Shown: positions 37,683-46,583 of the stretch, one piece after another
Position numbering within the stretch: position 1 is the stretch's first letter
How the letters are laid out: the number at the start of each line of letters is the position of its first letter
Source: an uncultured Candidatus Saccharibacteria bacterium
GTDB taxonomy: Bacteria > Patescibacteriota > Doudnabacteria > UBA920
Reading direction: 5' to 3'
Assembly (NCBI GenBank): GCA_964520505.1
Contig: CAZFQP010000001.1
Coordinates: 45,113 to 109,112, forward strand
Length of the DNA stretch: 64,000 bases
Notes under the pieces: model-generated
Told to the model about the DNA's origin: nothing
The model's database searches: none
The model's input: only the letters and a program-made list of their open reading frames with translations
Made by a program: the position numbers and the translations under genes

Positions 37683-39209
37683 GCGGACTGACCACTATAA
37701 TTAAATTAATGGGTCAAAAAAACTCTTACACAGATTTGTAAGAGCCCTATTACTGTCTGCTGTGTCAGACAATAAATTTATTCAATTGCTTATGCTATTA
37801 TAGCTGAAAACAAGGAAGAGGTCAAACTGAAAAACAGCGTAAAAGGAAACCGCGGAACCTTTCGGAACCGCGGTAAAGTAGCTGTTTAAGGCTTTGTCAG
37901 TCTTTATTGATTTCGACTTCGGGAGCTGCGAAAGCGTTCTGTATCGCTTGCCAGAGGTTGCTTCCGCGGCCGGTCTTGGTCATGTACCACATCCACGCCC
38001 TGTGTTCTTTGACACCTTTGGGCTTGGCGATAATGCGCGTACTGCAACAGTTCTCGCCGTTGGGGAATTGTGACGGAGTGGTTTCGAACATGAACCCACG
38101 CCAACCCCATTGAATGGTTTCGCGGCCTTCGGAAGAACGCTTTACCACGTCTTTGGGGTGTTCGAGTTCAGCCAGGCCTTCGAGCTGGAAGACAACTTCT
38201 TCGCCTTCCTGCCAAACGTCAAAGGTGGAGCCGCGACGTACCCAATAGTCAAGGTTACTGGTCGACATCGTGTCGCCCGTGAGATAGTGAGTGTACTTCT
38301 TGCCGTAGACTTCGTTGTACGGACGACCTCCCGCCAAATAATCTTCATCGAGGTGAAGGAGTGCTTCTTCCACGTGCGGATGCTCGCCGTAACCCTTCAA
38401 CTCCTTGTTCAATTCGAGACGCACGACACGCAGACCGCCGCCGGACGAAAAGGCATGCATTCTGCAACCTTCCCGTAGTGCCTGGTGGACACCTGCAAGT
38501 TCGGGTGTTTCCGTAGGCGGGTGCAGATAGGCCTCCTCGCGTTCTTTCTTTTCGCGTTCCGCTACTTCGATAAGTTCGGGAAAAGTCATGTCCTGCGGAC
38601 GCCGATATACAATGACGTCCACTTCTGCGCCGACTCTATTGGTTCCGAACAACATACCCATGTCTTCGCGCTGCTTGTCGGGAGCTTCATACCAGTCGAC
38701 AGCGGTCACCCACATGAGGTAACTGACATCTCCCGGCTTGACCATTTGAAAAACTTCCTTGGAGAACTTAGTGAAAGCTTCGCCCCGTTTCCAAGTCAGT
38801 CGCGCGACAATGCGGTCGTCGTGGTCGACGGCACACACGAACTGCTGACGTGTTCCGCGTCGTCCGTCATTGTGCTTTCCGAGTCGTTCGGTGTAGGCGT
38901 TGTCGCCGTAGTCGATATTGTTCGCCTGCAAATGCATGGCGGTCGTATCCGCGCGCTGCACATGGACGTTCATTACCGGCCACCGCAATTTAGGCTCTTG
39001 CCTGTTCTTCCGCCAACGATACTCGTAGCGAATAACACCCAACGGCGGGAAATTCTCGATAAGCTGTTCCAGCTTAGACTGACGTTTCATTTTGCCTCCT
39101 TGGCATTCCGCCAAAGCATTCTAAACCCGCACATTCCGCACGGGTTGTGTTGATATCAGACAGCACACGCTGCCTAAAATATCCCTGTACTAGCGGACTA
39201 ACTACTATA
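37683..39209. mobile_element. About 1.5-kb GC-rich inserted cassette flanked by 17-bp imperfect direct repeats (GCGGACTGACCACTATA / GCGGACTAACTACTATA, 15/17), adjacent to tRNA-His
   Basis: GC about 55% against a background of about 38%; enteric-like codon usage (CTG, CGT, GGC, ACC); own SD and terminator; direct repeats read from sequence at 37683-37699 and 39193-39209. Confidence 0.45.
37897..39090 (-). CDS. Cargo protein of the GC-rich cassette (397 aa, unknown function); start assigned to the ATG preceded by AAGGAGG (MKRQSKLEQ...)
   Basis: Long stop-free ORF with balanced amino-acid composition. Perfect SD AAGGAGGcaaaATG; downstream hairpin CCGCGGUUCC-GAAA-GGUUCCGCGG plus U-tract. Possible HUH-like order (RVVRLEL..EHPHVEE..VYGKKYTHY), speculative. 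Confidence 0.55.
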   Translation of the reverse strand: MKRQSKLEQLIENFPPLGVIRYEYRWRKNRQEPKLRWPVMNVHVQRADTTAMHLQANNIDYGDNAYTERLGKHNDGRRGTRQQFVCAVDHDDRIVARLTWKRGEAFTKFSKEVFQMVKPGDVSYLMWVTAVDWYEAPDKQREDMGMLFGTNRVGAEVDVIVYRRPQDMTFPELIEVAEREKKEREEAYLHPPTETPELAGVHQALREGCRMHAFSSGGGLRVVRLELNKELKGYGEHPHVEEALLHLDEDYLAGGRPYNEVYGKKYTHYLTGDTMSTSNLDYWVRRGSTFDVWQEGEEVVFQLEGLAELEHPKDVVKRSSEGRETIQWGWRGFMFETTPSQFPNGENCCSTRIIAKPKGVKEHRAWMWYMTKTGRGSNLWQAIQNAFAAPEVEINKD

Positions 39210-39257
39210 CCGCTAAACTATGCAATAGTCAAGGTTTGGTAAAAAGGGGATTTAAAC

Positions 39258-39294
39258 AAAAAAACCCTCCCGAAATAAATCGGAAGGGTTTTAT
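39258..39294. terminator. Terminator hairpin AAACCCTCCCG-N8-CGGAAGGGTTT downstream of the surface-protein gene
   Basis: 11-bp stem (one mismatch) with flanking A/T tracts. Confidence 0.55.
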
Positions 39295-39305
39295 ATTGTT
39301 TGTGT

Positions 39306-40817
39306 TTAATCGGCTATTCCGCCAGTGGTTAGAGTTGTCAGGTCTTGGGCCTGAACTTGCAAAACACTGTTTAAGGACCAGCCATTTTTCGCTAAAACGC
39401 TCATGCTAGGGATGCCATAGAGTTGTCCGCCCTTAACTACATAAATAGTGTGTCCCGGACCTTTTAATAGAGTGCCGTCGGCAAAAGTTGCCGGTGAACC
39501 TAAAGGCAAAGTGTTTAAGACAGAAGCGGGAATTTCTTTTATTTCGTTAAAGTTTTTTCTCCAGGAACGGAAAACGTTAATGGAGGGGATTGGCTGCAGT
39601 TGGCCGTTGGTTACTAAATAAACAGTCGGATTGCCTGCAACTTTAACCACAGTGCCGTTAGGCAGTCCGGCCAAAGTGCTGCTGGAGATGCTGCTTATCG
39701 GAGTTGTGCTCGGAAGAGTTATGGTAACAATTGGTGTTGGAATGTTGTCGTCATCTGAATCGCCAACCGGTCTGCCAACACGGAAATGTTTAAACCAATC
39801 TTTGCCAATTTCTTTTACATCGCGGAATTTTTTGCCTCTGGCATTAAAAATTGCGGCCGAGGTAAAAGGTCTAAGGCTGCCGTTTATGACAAGATAGATT
39901 GTATTGTCGCCCGGGAATTTTACTAACACGCCATTCGGCAAATCAACATTAGTTGGAATTGGCGTTGGGGTTACGGTAGAAGCCGAAACGGTAATGGCAT
40001 TGCTGGTGGCGGCTGTAAGGCCGGAGCTTTGCGCAACCAGTTGAATAATTCCGGTTTGGTTGTAAGACAAGTTTGTAAAACTTGCTACGCCGCTAGCTGT
40101 GTTGATATTGATTTGCCCGGAAATTGCACCCAAAGGAGAGGAACTAATTACCGAAGGTGTCAGGTTAATGGCGCGGTTATTGTCGGAATTTACTAAATTG
40201 CCAAATTGATCCTGCACAACTACTGAAGTATTAAATAAAGTACTACTGGCAGTGAGAGTGGCAGGAGGCTGCTGGCTAAAGCCTAGTTTTGTAGCCGTTC
40301 CTGGAACTTGAGTCAAGTTCACGAAAGCGGAAGATGAACTAATTCCGGAAACGCTTCCACTACTTAAAGTAATTTTACCGGTTGCGGCCAACGGCGAGCC
40401 ATTGGCTACTTTTACTTTAATCGGGTTTACTGCGCCAATAGTAATGCTTCCGGCGGAAGTGGAAGTGGCGGTAACATTAATGCTGAAGTGAGTTGAGTCA
40501 ACATAACTCACAGTACTGGAGCCGGTAAGTCCTGCTCCGGCGTAAACCACATCGGTCGAGCTTGTGGTATCCAGAACAAATCCTGCGGGCAAAGCCCAGG
40601 TATATGTGCCAATGGCAACATCAGCGGCTGTGCCTTCGGTTACTATTAATGCCGGCAAGGCTACGGAAGCTCCTGTTTTGCTGTCTGAGCTGACGTTTAC
40701 TGTCGTGGCTGCCGGAATGCTAGCCGAGGCCAATGCTGTTTGCAGCGTTTGGGGCAGTATCTGTCCCAAAAGCATTAACATAGTTGCCATTATTATGGCA
40801 AATGATTTTTTTTGCAT
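39306..40817 (-). CDS. Ser/Thr/Ala-rich surface protein with signal peptide and three C-terminal roughly 50-aa repeats (putative cell-wall-binding modules)
   Basis: N-terminal signal MQKKSFAIIMATMLMLLG; low-complexity S/T region; three repeats of the pattern LPNG.vVK.pG..TvYLV.nGqL.pIpS..vf...k.f.eIKEI. Confidence 0.55.
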   Translation of the reverse strand: MQKKSFAIIMATMLMLLGQILPQTLQTALASASIPAATTVNVSSDSKTGASVALPALIVTEGTAADVAIGTYTWALPAGFVLDTTSSTDVVYAGAGLTGSSTVSYVDSTHFSINVTATSTSAGSITIGAVNPIKVKVANGSPLAATGKITLSSGSVSGISSSSAFVNLTQVPGTATKLGFSQQPPATLTASSTLFNTSVVVQDQFGNLVNSDNNRAINLTPSVISSSPLGAISGQININTASGVASFTNLSYNQTGIIQLVAQSSGLTAATSNAITVSASTVTPTPIPTNVDLPNGVLVKFPGDNTIYLVINGSLRPFTSAAIFNARGKKFRDVKEIGKDWFKHFRVGRPVGDSDDDNIPTPIVTITLPSTTPISSISSSTLAGLPNGTVVKVAGNPTVYLVTNGQLQPIPSINVFRSWRKNFNEIKEIPASVLNTLPLGSPATFADGTLLKGPGHTIYVVKGGQLYGIPSMSVLAKNGWSLNSVLQVQAQDLTTLTTGGIAD

Positions 40818-40888
40818 AATATACTCCTTATTTATTAATTGCTTACACTGGTTATATCGGCTAATAAGGAGTTTTGTTTCAGGCTAGG

Positions 40889-42199
40889 CTAGTAGTTGAA
40901 TTTTTCGTAATGGATTTGTTTTTTTGGCATCCCCAGGCTCTTAAGCTCTGTGAGTATGCCTGTCATCATTGGTGTTGGCCCGCAAAGATAGATGTCGCGC
41001 TCCAAAAAGTCCGGTACCTGCTGTTTAATGGTTTCGCGATTAATGCGTCCTTGGCCAAAGCCGCCCGGGGCGGCAATGACTTCGGACAATACAAAGTGAT
41101 ATTTTAATTGCAGCTTTTCCAGTTCGTCTTTAAAGGTAATATCCTGATCGGTTCTCATGCCGTAAAGCAAAAAAATATTTTTCCCTTCTCTGACAAAATG
41201 TTCGGCCAGGGCTCGAATTGGCGTAATCCCAATGCCACCGGCAATAAGCAAAAATTTGTCGGTAATTGCTACTGCCGGGGTAAATATTCCCAAAGGGCCG
41301 TCTATAATTACCTTTGTTCCTGTTTTAAGAGAGTTAATTTTGTTTGTAAAGTCGCCCGAGGCTTTAATGGAAAACCTTAAATACTCTCCGTTAGGCGCGG
41401 CGGAAAAAGAGAATGGGTGAGTAAACCACATTCCTCTTTGCAGAAAGGTTAAATTGGCAAACTGGCCGGGGTAAAATTTATATCTTTTGAGGTCACGCCC
41501 TTTTAAGTAGATGGAAAAAACTCCTGGCGTTTCCGGAAGTACCTTTTCAATATAAAACCTGTGTTGATAAAAACGGTAAATTGGCCTTAGCCAGCGGAAA
41601 ATGAGCACGAAGCCAAAAACCACAAAATTAAAAACTAACCAGTAATATAAAGGCGCGCCGTCTGACAAATCGCCGGTGTTAGTTTGGTGCCCAAAAGCCA
41701 GAGCAACACCCAGGTACATAAGCAGGTGGGTGAAATACCAGGTTTCATAACGCAGGCGTTTTTTTACAATTACTATTGAAGTTAATATTACGCCAACAAA
41801 TAGCAAAACTGCTAAAAAGGCTTTAAAAACATCTCCCCAGTTTTTTAGGAAATTTAGAAATTGGCTCCAAAAAGACACTTCGGAAATTTGGCTGTAGCCA
41901 AGGGTTAGCAGCAGGGGATGGCCTAAGAAAAATAAAACCATTCCGTAACCAATCCAGCGGTGCAGTTGGTTTAGGCGGTCATGACCGAATTGTTGCTCAA
42001 TAAAAGTGATTCTGCCTATTAAAATTAGCTGGACCAAAATAAAAAATTCGCCTAACAGGCCGAGCAGTCGGCCAAAGGCGATTAATATTCCGCTCTGAGT
42101 CCCCGAAGTTAGAAGTTGGTAGGAAGTGCCAGACAGCCACAAATAAATTATCGCGCCTAAATTCAGGGAAAAAAGTAAATAAAAAGCTATTTTTTTCAT
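40889..42199 (-). CDS. NOX/FRE-like ferric reductase: heme-binding transmembrane domain fused to FAD/NAD(P)-binding FNR-like domain (start likely at the internal MKKIAF)
   Basis: Paired His-containing TM helices (HRWIGYGMVLFFLGH; FTHLLMYLGVALAFGH), HPFS FAD-binding motif (FTHPFSFSAAP), C-terminal GxGxxP NAD-binding motif (GGIGITPIRAL). Confidence 0.7.
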   Translation of the reverse strand: MKKIAFYLLFSLNLGAIIYLWLSGTSYQLLTSGTQSGILIAFGRLLGLLGEFFILVQLILIGRITFIEQQFGHDRLNQLHRWIGYGMVLFFLGHPLLLTLGYSQISEVSFWSQFLNFLKNWGDVFKAFLAVLLFVGVILTSIVIVKKRLRYETWYFTHLLMYLGVALAFGHQTNTGDLSDGAPLYYWLVFNFVVFGFVLIFRWLRPIYRFYQHRFYIEKVLPETPGVFSIYLKGRDLKRYKFYPGQFANLTFLQRGMWFTHPFSFSAAPNGEYLRFSIKASGDFTNKINSLKTGTKVIIDGPLGIFTPAVAITDKFLLIAGGIGITPIRALAEHFVREGKNIFLLYGMRTDQDITFKDELEKLQLKYHFVLSEVIAAPGGFGQGRINRETIKQQVPDFLERDIYLCGPTPMMTGILTELKSLGMPKKQIHYEKFNY

Positions 42200-42283
42200 A
42201 CTTATAATTTTAACAGATACAGGTAGTTTAATAAAGGCCAAAATAAGTGATATAATACATACAGACAATTAATATCTAGCAAA

Positions 42284-42616
42284 ATGAAAATATTTTTTAA
42301 ATTGGTATTTACTGCGTTGGGGATTATGGCCGCGGCCTTAATAGTCCCCGGCATAACCGTTACCAGTTTTTGGGTTGCCTTGCTGGTGGCTGTTGTTTTG
42401 GGAATATTAAATATGACCTTGGGGGCAGTTTTAAAGATTCTAACTTTGCCATTAAGTCTTCTGACTTTCGGCCTATTTTTGTTGGTCATAAATGCATTTG
42501 TTTTTTGGGCGGCTAGTTTTGTTAAGGGCTTTCATGTTGCGGGCTTTTGGCCAGCATTTTTAGGCTCTATTATTGTTACGGTTGTTTCGCTTGTCGGTAA
42601 AAAAATAATCGAATAG
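42284..42616 (+). CDS. DUF360/YvlD family small membrane protein (phage-holin-4-like)
   Basis: 110 aa, 3-4 TM, conserved GITVTSFWVALL-type N-terminal helix. Confidence 0.5.
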   Translation: MKIFFKLVFTALGIMAAALIVPGITVTSFWVALLVAVVLGILNMTLGAVLKILTLPLSLLTFGLFLLVINAFVFWAASFVKGFHVAGFWPAFLGSIIVTVVSLVGKKIIE

Positions 42617-42646
42617 CTAACATCTTTAGCTTATAAGATTTTAACA

Positions 42647-45241
42647 ATGCCATTAAGACTACACAGTCTTTTTAAAAAGAAAAATTTATTTTTGAATTTG
42701 CACCAAAACTGGGAATTTGACCCGGCGGTTTTAAGCGTAAACAAACTTTTTAATAATTTAAATTCTTCGGAATTAGGCTTAAGTTCTGGCGAAGCCCGCA
42801 AGAGATTGTTTAAGTACGGTTATAACCAGCCGGCAAAAAGGGAAAAAAGAAAATTACTCCATGAAATTATTATTGAGTTTGCCAATCCACTGATTATCCT
42901 GTTATTGGTTATTGGTACATTTTCTTTTTTCTTTAGTGATAGATTTAGCGCCATAATAATTTTTATTATGGCTTTTATGAGTGGTTTGTTGTCATTTATT
43001 CAGGAGCATAGAGCGGAAAAAGCAGTGGAGAAGCTCAATGCTTTAGTTAGAGTCACAGCTTCGACTTTTCGTGACGGCAAGCTCCGAGAAATAAACACCA
43101 GAGACATTGTGCCCGGCGATGTAGTGAGCCTTTCAGCTGGTGATATTGTTTCTGCCGATATGAGGCTTCTTTCCGCTAATGAATTATTTTTAAGCGAATC
43201 CAGTCTCACCGGTGAATCTTTACCGGTGGAAAAATTGGCTACTCACGAAAGTTCAACAGCCACATTGGTCAAAGGATCAAATTTGGTTTATATGGGTTCT
43301 TCGGTTATTAGCGGCACCGGTTTAGGCTTAGTTTTTCACACAGGACAGTATACCGAATTTGGTAAAGTCGCCGGGAGTTTGGGCGCTGCAGCTCAGGAGA
43401 CCAATTTTGATAAAGGAATAAAAAGTTTTACCTGGCTAATGATCAAATCCATTATCTCTATGGTGGTGATTATTTTGCTGATTAATTATTTTGGCAAGCA
43501 TAATTTTTTTGAAAGCTTACTGTTTGCCTTGGCTGTGGCTGTGGGTCTGGCTCCGGAAACTTTGCCGATGTTGGTTACAATTAATTTGTCCAAGGGCGCT
43601 TTGGCAATGTCAAAAAAGAAAGTGGTTGTTAAACGCCTGGATGCCATTCAAAATTTTGGAGCTATGGATGTGCTTTGTACGGACAAAACCGGCACATTGA
43701 CCATGGATAAAGTTGTGTTGGAAAAGCACACAGATGTATTTGGAAAAGAATCAGAAGATGTTTTTGAGTTCGGGTTTATTAATAGTTTTTATCAGACCGG
43801 ACTAAAAAATTTACTTGATAAGGCCGTGTTAAACCACGACAAGCCGCATTTGAAAGATCTGGAAAAAATAGATGAAATACCATTTGATTTTAACCGGAAA
43901 ATTATGTCCGTGGTGGTTAAAGAGACTGGTGGAGATCATTTATTGGTGAGTAAAGGAGCGCCGGAAGAAATATTTAAACGCTGCAAATATTATGAAAAGG
44001 GTGAGCAATGCCTTGTTCTAAATACTAAAATCAATGAGGCTATTCAAAATCAGTATGCTTCTTTGAGTCGGCAGGGCTTTCGGGTTTTGGCATTGGCTAC
44101 TCGAAGGTTTGTGGTGCCAAAAAGTGCTTATGGCTTTACCGAAGAAACCGAATTGGTATTAAAAGGTTTTATGGCTTTTTTAGATCCGGCGAAGCCGGAT
44201 GCAAAGTCTACCATTGATTCCTTGGAAAAAGTTGGGGTAAAAATTGTTATTATTACCGGAGATAATGAGTTGGTAACTAGAAAAATTTGTGAAGATATAG
44301 GTTTGCCCACAGAGCAAATGCGAACAGGGGACGATGTGGAAAAAATGTCCGAGGCCGAACTTTTGCTCGCCGTGGAAAATGCGAATATTTTTTCTCGGAT
44401 GTTGCCGATGCAAAAACAGAAAATTATTTTGGCTTTGCAAAAAAATGGTCATGTGGTCGGATTTTTAGGAGACGGAATAAACGATGCCCCGGCTTTAAAG
44501 TCTGCCGATGTGGGCATTTCCGTAAATAATGCGGCTGAAGTAGCTAGGGAATCGGCCGACATTATTTTGTTGGAAAAAAGTCTGGGTGTGCTAAATGACG
44601 GAGTACTGGAGGGGAGAAAAGTTTTTGGCAATATTATAAAATATATTCGAATGTCGTCCAGTTCGAATTTTGGAAACATGCTTTCCATGACCGGAGCCAG
44701 TTTGGTTTTGCCGTTCTTGCCCATGTTGCCGGTGCAAATCTTGTTGAATAACTTTTTGTATGATCTTTCCCAAATGGGCGTACCAACCGACGAAGTTGAT
44801 AAAGAGTATTTAGAAAAACCCAAGCCTTGGCGCATAGATTTAATAAAAAAATATATGGTAACTGTTGGCCCCGTAAGTTCTGTATTTGACTTTCTAACTT
44901 ACGCGATGATGTGGTGGGTTTTTCAAGGGTATATTTTTCAAGATTTATTTCACACGGGGTGGTTCTTAGAATCATTGATTTCTCAAACTTTAGTGGTTTA
45001 TGTTATTAGAACCAGAAAAATTCCCTTTATTCAAAGCCGGCCCAGTAAGTTGTTGGTATTTACCACGATATTTGTTTTAGCAATAGGAATAATCCTGCCA
45101 TACAGTAAGCTTGCCGGTTTTTTTGGCTTTGTCCGCCCGCCGGCAATATATTTTTGGCTGCTGGCAGTAATGATGGTATTTTACTTGCTGTTGGTTCAGG
45201 TGGTAAAAAATTGGTTCATTGCAAGATATGAAAATGAGTGA
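42647..45241 (+). CDS. mgtA: Mg2+-importing P-type ATPase (MgtA/MgtB-like, P3B)
   Basis: DKTGTLT, GDGINDAPAL, 864 aa, N-terminal region and TM arrangement like MgtA. Confidence 0.75.
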   Translation: MPLRLHSLFKKKNLFLNLHQNWEFDPAVLSVNKLFNNLNSSELGLSSGEARKRLFKYGYNQPAKREKRKLLHEIIIEFANPLIILLLVIGTFSFFFSDRFSAIIIFIMAFMSGLLSFIQEHRAEKAVEKLNALVRVTASTFRDGKLREINTRDIVPGDVVSLSAGDIVSADMRLLSANELFLSESSLTGESLPVEKLATHESSTATLVKGSNLVYMGSSVISGTGLGLVFHTGQYTEFGKVAGSLGAAAQETNFDKGIKSFTWLMIKSIISMVVIILLINYFGKHNFFESLLFALAVAVGLAPETLPMLVTINLSKGALAMSKKKVVVKRLDAIQNFGAMDVLCTDKTGTLTMDKVVLEKHTDVFGKESEDVFEFGFINSFYQTGLKNLLDKAVLNHDKPHLKDLEKIDEIPFDFNRKIMSVVVKETGGDHLLVSKGAPEEIFKRCKYYEKGEQCLVLNTKINEAIQNQYASLSRQGFRVLALATRRFVVPKSAYGFTEETELVLKGFMAFLDPAKPDAKSTIDSLEKVGVKIVIITGDNELVTRKICEDIGLPTEQMRTGDDVEKMSEAELLLAVENANIFSRMLPMQKQKIILALQKNGHVVGFLGDGINDAPALKSADVGISVNNAAEVARESADIILLEKSLGVLNDGVLEGRKVFGNIIKYIRMSSSSNFGNMLSMTGASLVLPFLPMLPVQILLNNFLYDLSQMGVPTDEVDKEYLEKPKPWRIDLIKKYMVTVGPVSSVFDFLTYAMMWWVFQGYIFQDLFHTGWFLESLISQTLVVYVIRTRKIPFIQSRPSKLLVFTTIFVLAIGIILPYSKLAGFFGFVRPPAIYFWLLAVMMVFYLLLVQVVKNWFIARYENE

Positions 45242-45360
45242 TCGGATTGGTTTTGCATGGCCAAATTTTAGCAATTATGCTAAAATTATATTAAGATGTA
45301 ATGAAGTATAAATGTTTTGCAAAATAGGAAACTAAATTTTGCATTTTTTAATTTGCGCCT

Positions 45361-46578
45361 ATGCCATACATTAGCGAATTGTTAAATAATACGATAACCG
45401 ACAGTTCAGATTCTACTGTTGGTAAGCTTCAGGATATTTTAATAGGACCGAAGGAAGAGAGTTTTTCCCCTTTAAAATATTTAATGGTCAAAGCTGCCGG
45501 GCAAATTAAGTTTGTGCCTTATAAATATGTAGCAAATTTTAATAGCAGCCAAATTTCGCTAAAAAATTTGTTTGCCAGTTCTGCCTTGTCCGAACTTCCC
45601 GCCGGAGAACAGTTTATTTATTTGAAAAAAGATATTTTAGACAAACAAATTGTCGACGTTGTGGGTACTAGGGTGGTTAGAGTAAATGATTTGCGCATCG
45701 GTAATTTTGAAGATTTTATGTGTGTACTGGGAATAGACCCGAGTTTTCGCGGCTTGTTACGCCGTTTGGGTATTGTTGATTTTTTGTTTGCTAAAATTTT
45801 TACGGTAAAGTTAATTGATTGGCGGCAAGCGAAACTGTTGGAAAGTAACGGTCCGCTTCAGTTAACTACGGAAGCGGAGGGTTTGAGCCGATTGCATCCG
45901 GCAGACTTGGCAAACATTGTTGAGGAGCTAGATGTTAAGCAGGGTAGTCGGCTTTTGGCTTCTTTGGAAGCAAGCGAAGCGGCTAAGGTTTTGGAAGAAA
46001 TTTCTCCTGAACTGCAAAATGTTTTGGTAAAATATTTGGGACCGGAAGCGGGCGGCAAAATTTTACAACAAATGTCTTCAGACGAAGTCGCCGATTTAGT
46101 TAAGAGTTTTACCAGCAAGGAAGCGGAAAAATTTATGTCTAAACTCGAAGCTCTCAAAGCCAAGGGTGTGGCAAAGCTGGTTAACTATCCGGACAACAGC
46201 GCCGGTGGGTTAATGACCTTGGATTTCGTTAGTGTGAGGCCGGAATCGACAGTGGCTGAAGTCACAGAGGTAATAAAAAAACTATCGCCGAGTTTTCGTT
46301 CCATTGTTTTTGTTTATGTTACCGCCGCGAGCGGAGAATTTTTTGGCGTTGTATCTTTGCGCCGTTTGTTAATTGCCGACGCTAAGGAAGTAATGAAGAA
46401 GCTTCTAAAAAAAGTGCCAACAGTCTCCGTTTTGCATCCGTTGGATCGAATTCGCAGTGTGCTTACGGTAATGACCAAGTATAATTTATATACCGCCGCA
46501 GTGGTGGACGACCAAAAAAAATTAGTCGGTGTGGTGACGATTGACGACGTAATGCGGCACTTGTTTCCGGAAGCGTAA
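45361..46578 (+). CDS. Soluble MgtE-N domain plus CBS-pair protein (Mg2+-sensing cytoplasmic module without a transmembrane domain)
   Basis: MgtE_N-like helical region (ADLANIVEELD...EAAKVLEEISPELQ), then tandem CBS-like segments; no TM helices; 6-nt spacing to the next gene. Confidence 0.55.
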   Translation: MPYISELLNNTITDSSDSTVGKLQDILIGPKEESFSPLKYLMVKAAGQIKFVPYKYVANFNSSQISLKNLFASSALSELPAGEQFIYLKKDILDKQIVDVVGTRVVRVNDLRIGNFEDFMCVLGIDPSFRGLLRRLGIVDFLFAKIFTVKLIDWRQAKLLESNGPLQLTTEAEGLSRLHPADLANIVEELDVKQGSRLLASLEASEAAKVLEEISPELQNVLVKYLGPEAGGKILQQMSSDEVADLVKSFTSKEAEKFMSKLEALKAKGVAKLVNYPDNSAGGLMTLDFVSVRPESTVAEVTEVIKKLSPSFRSIVFVYVTAASGEFFGVVSLRRLLIADAKEVMKKLLKKVPTVSVLHPLDRIRSVLTVMTKYNLYTAAVVDDQKKLVGVVTIDDVMRHLFPEA

Positions 46579-46583
46579 ATTTT

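Noticed and set aside
38110-39153. Plus-strand ORFs (122 aa and 222 aa) inside the GC-rich cassette
   Set aside because: They are antisense to the longer, better-composed minus-strand ORF and have nonsense-like low-complexity translations. This is typical stop-codon depletion in GC-rich DNA.
37540-39209. Classic tRNA-3'-end integrated genomic island with integrase
   Set aside because: The cassette lies on the 5' side of tRNA-His, not at its 3' end, and contains no integrase. It is therefore reported only as a direct-repeat-flanked cassette.
37620-39260. phiX174 spike-in contamination as an explanation of the enteric-codon GC-rich block
   Set aside because: The recalled phiX174 sequence and genes do not match this ORF, and the block is embedded between host-like sequence with direct repeats rather than at a contig end.
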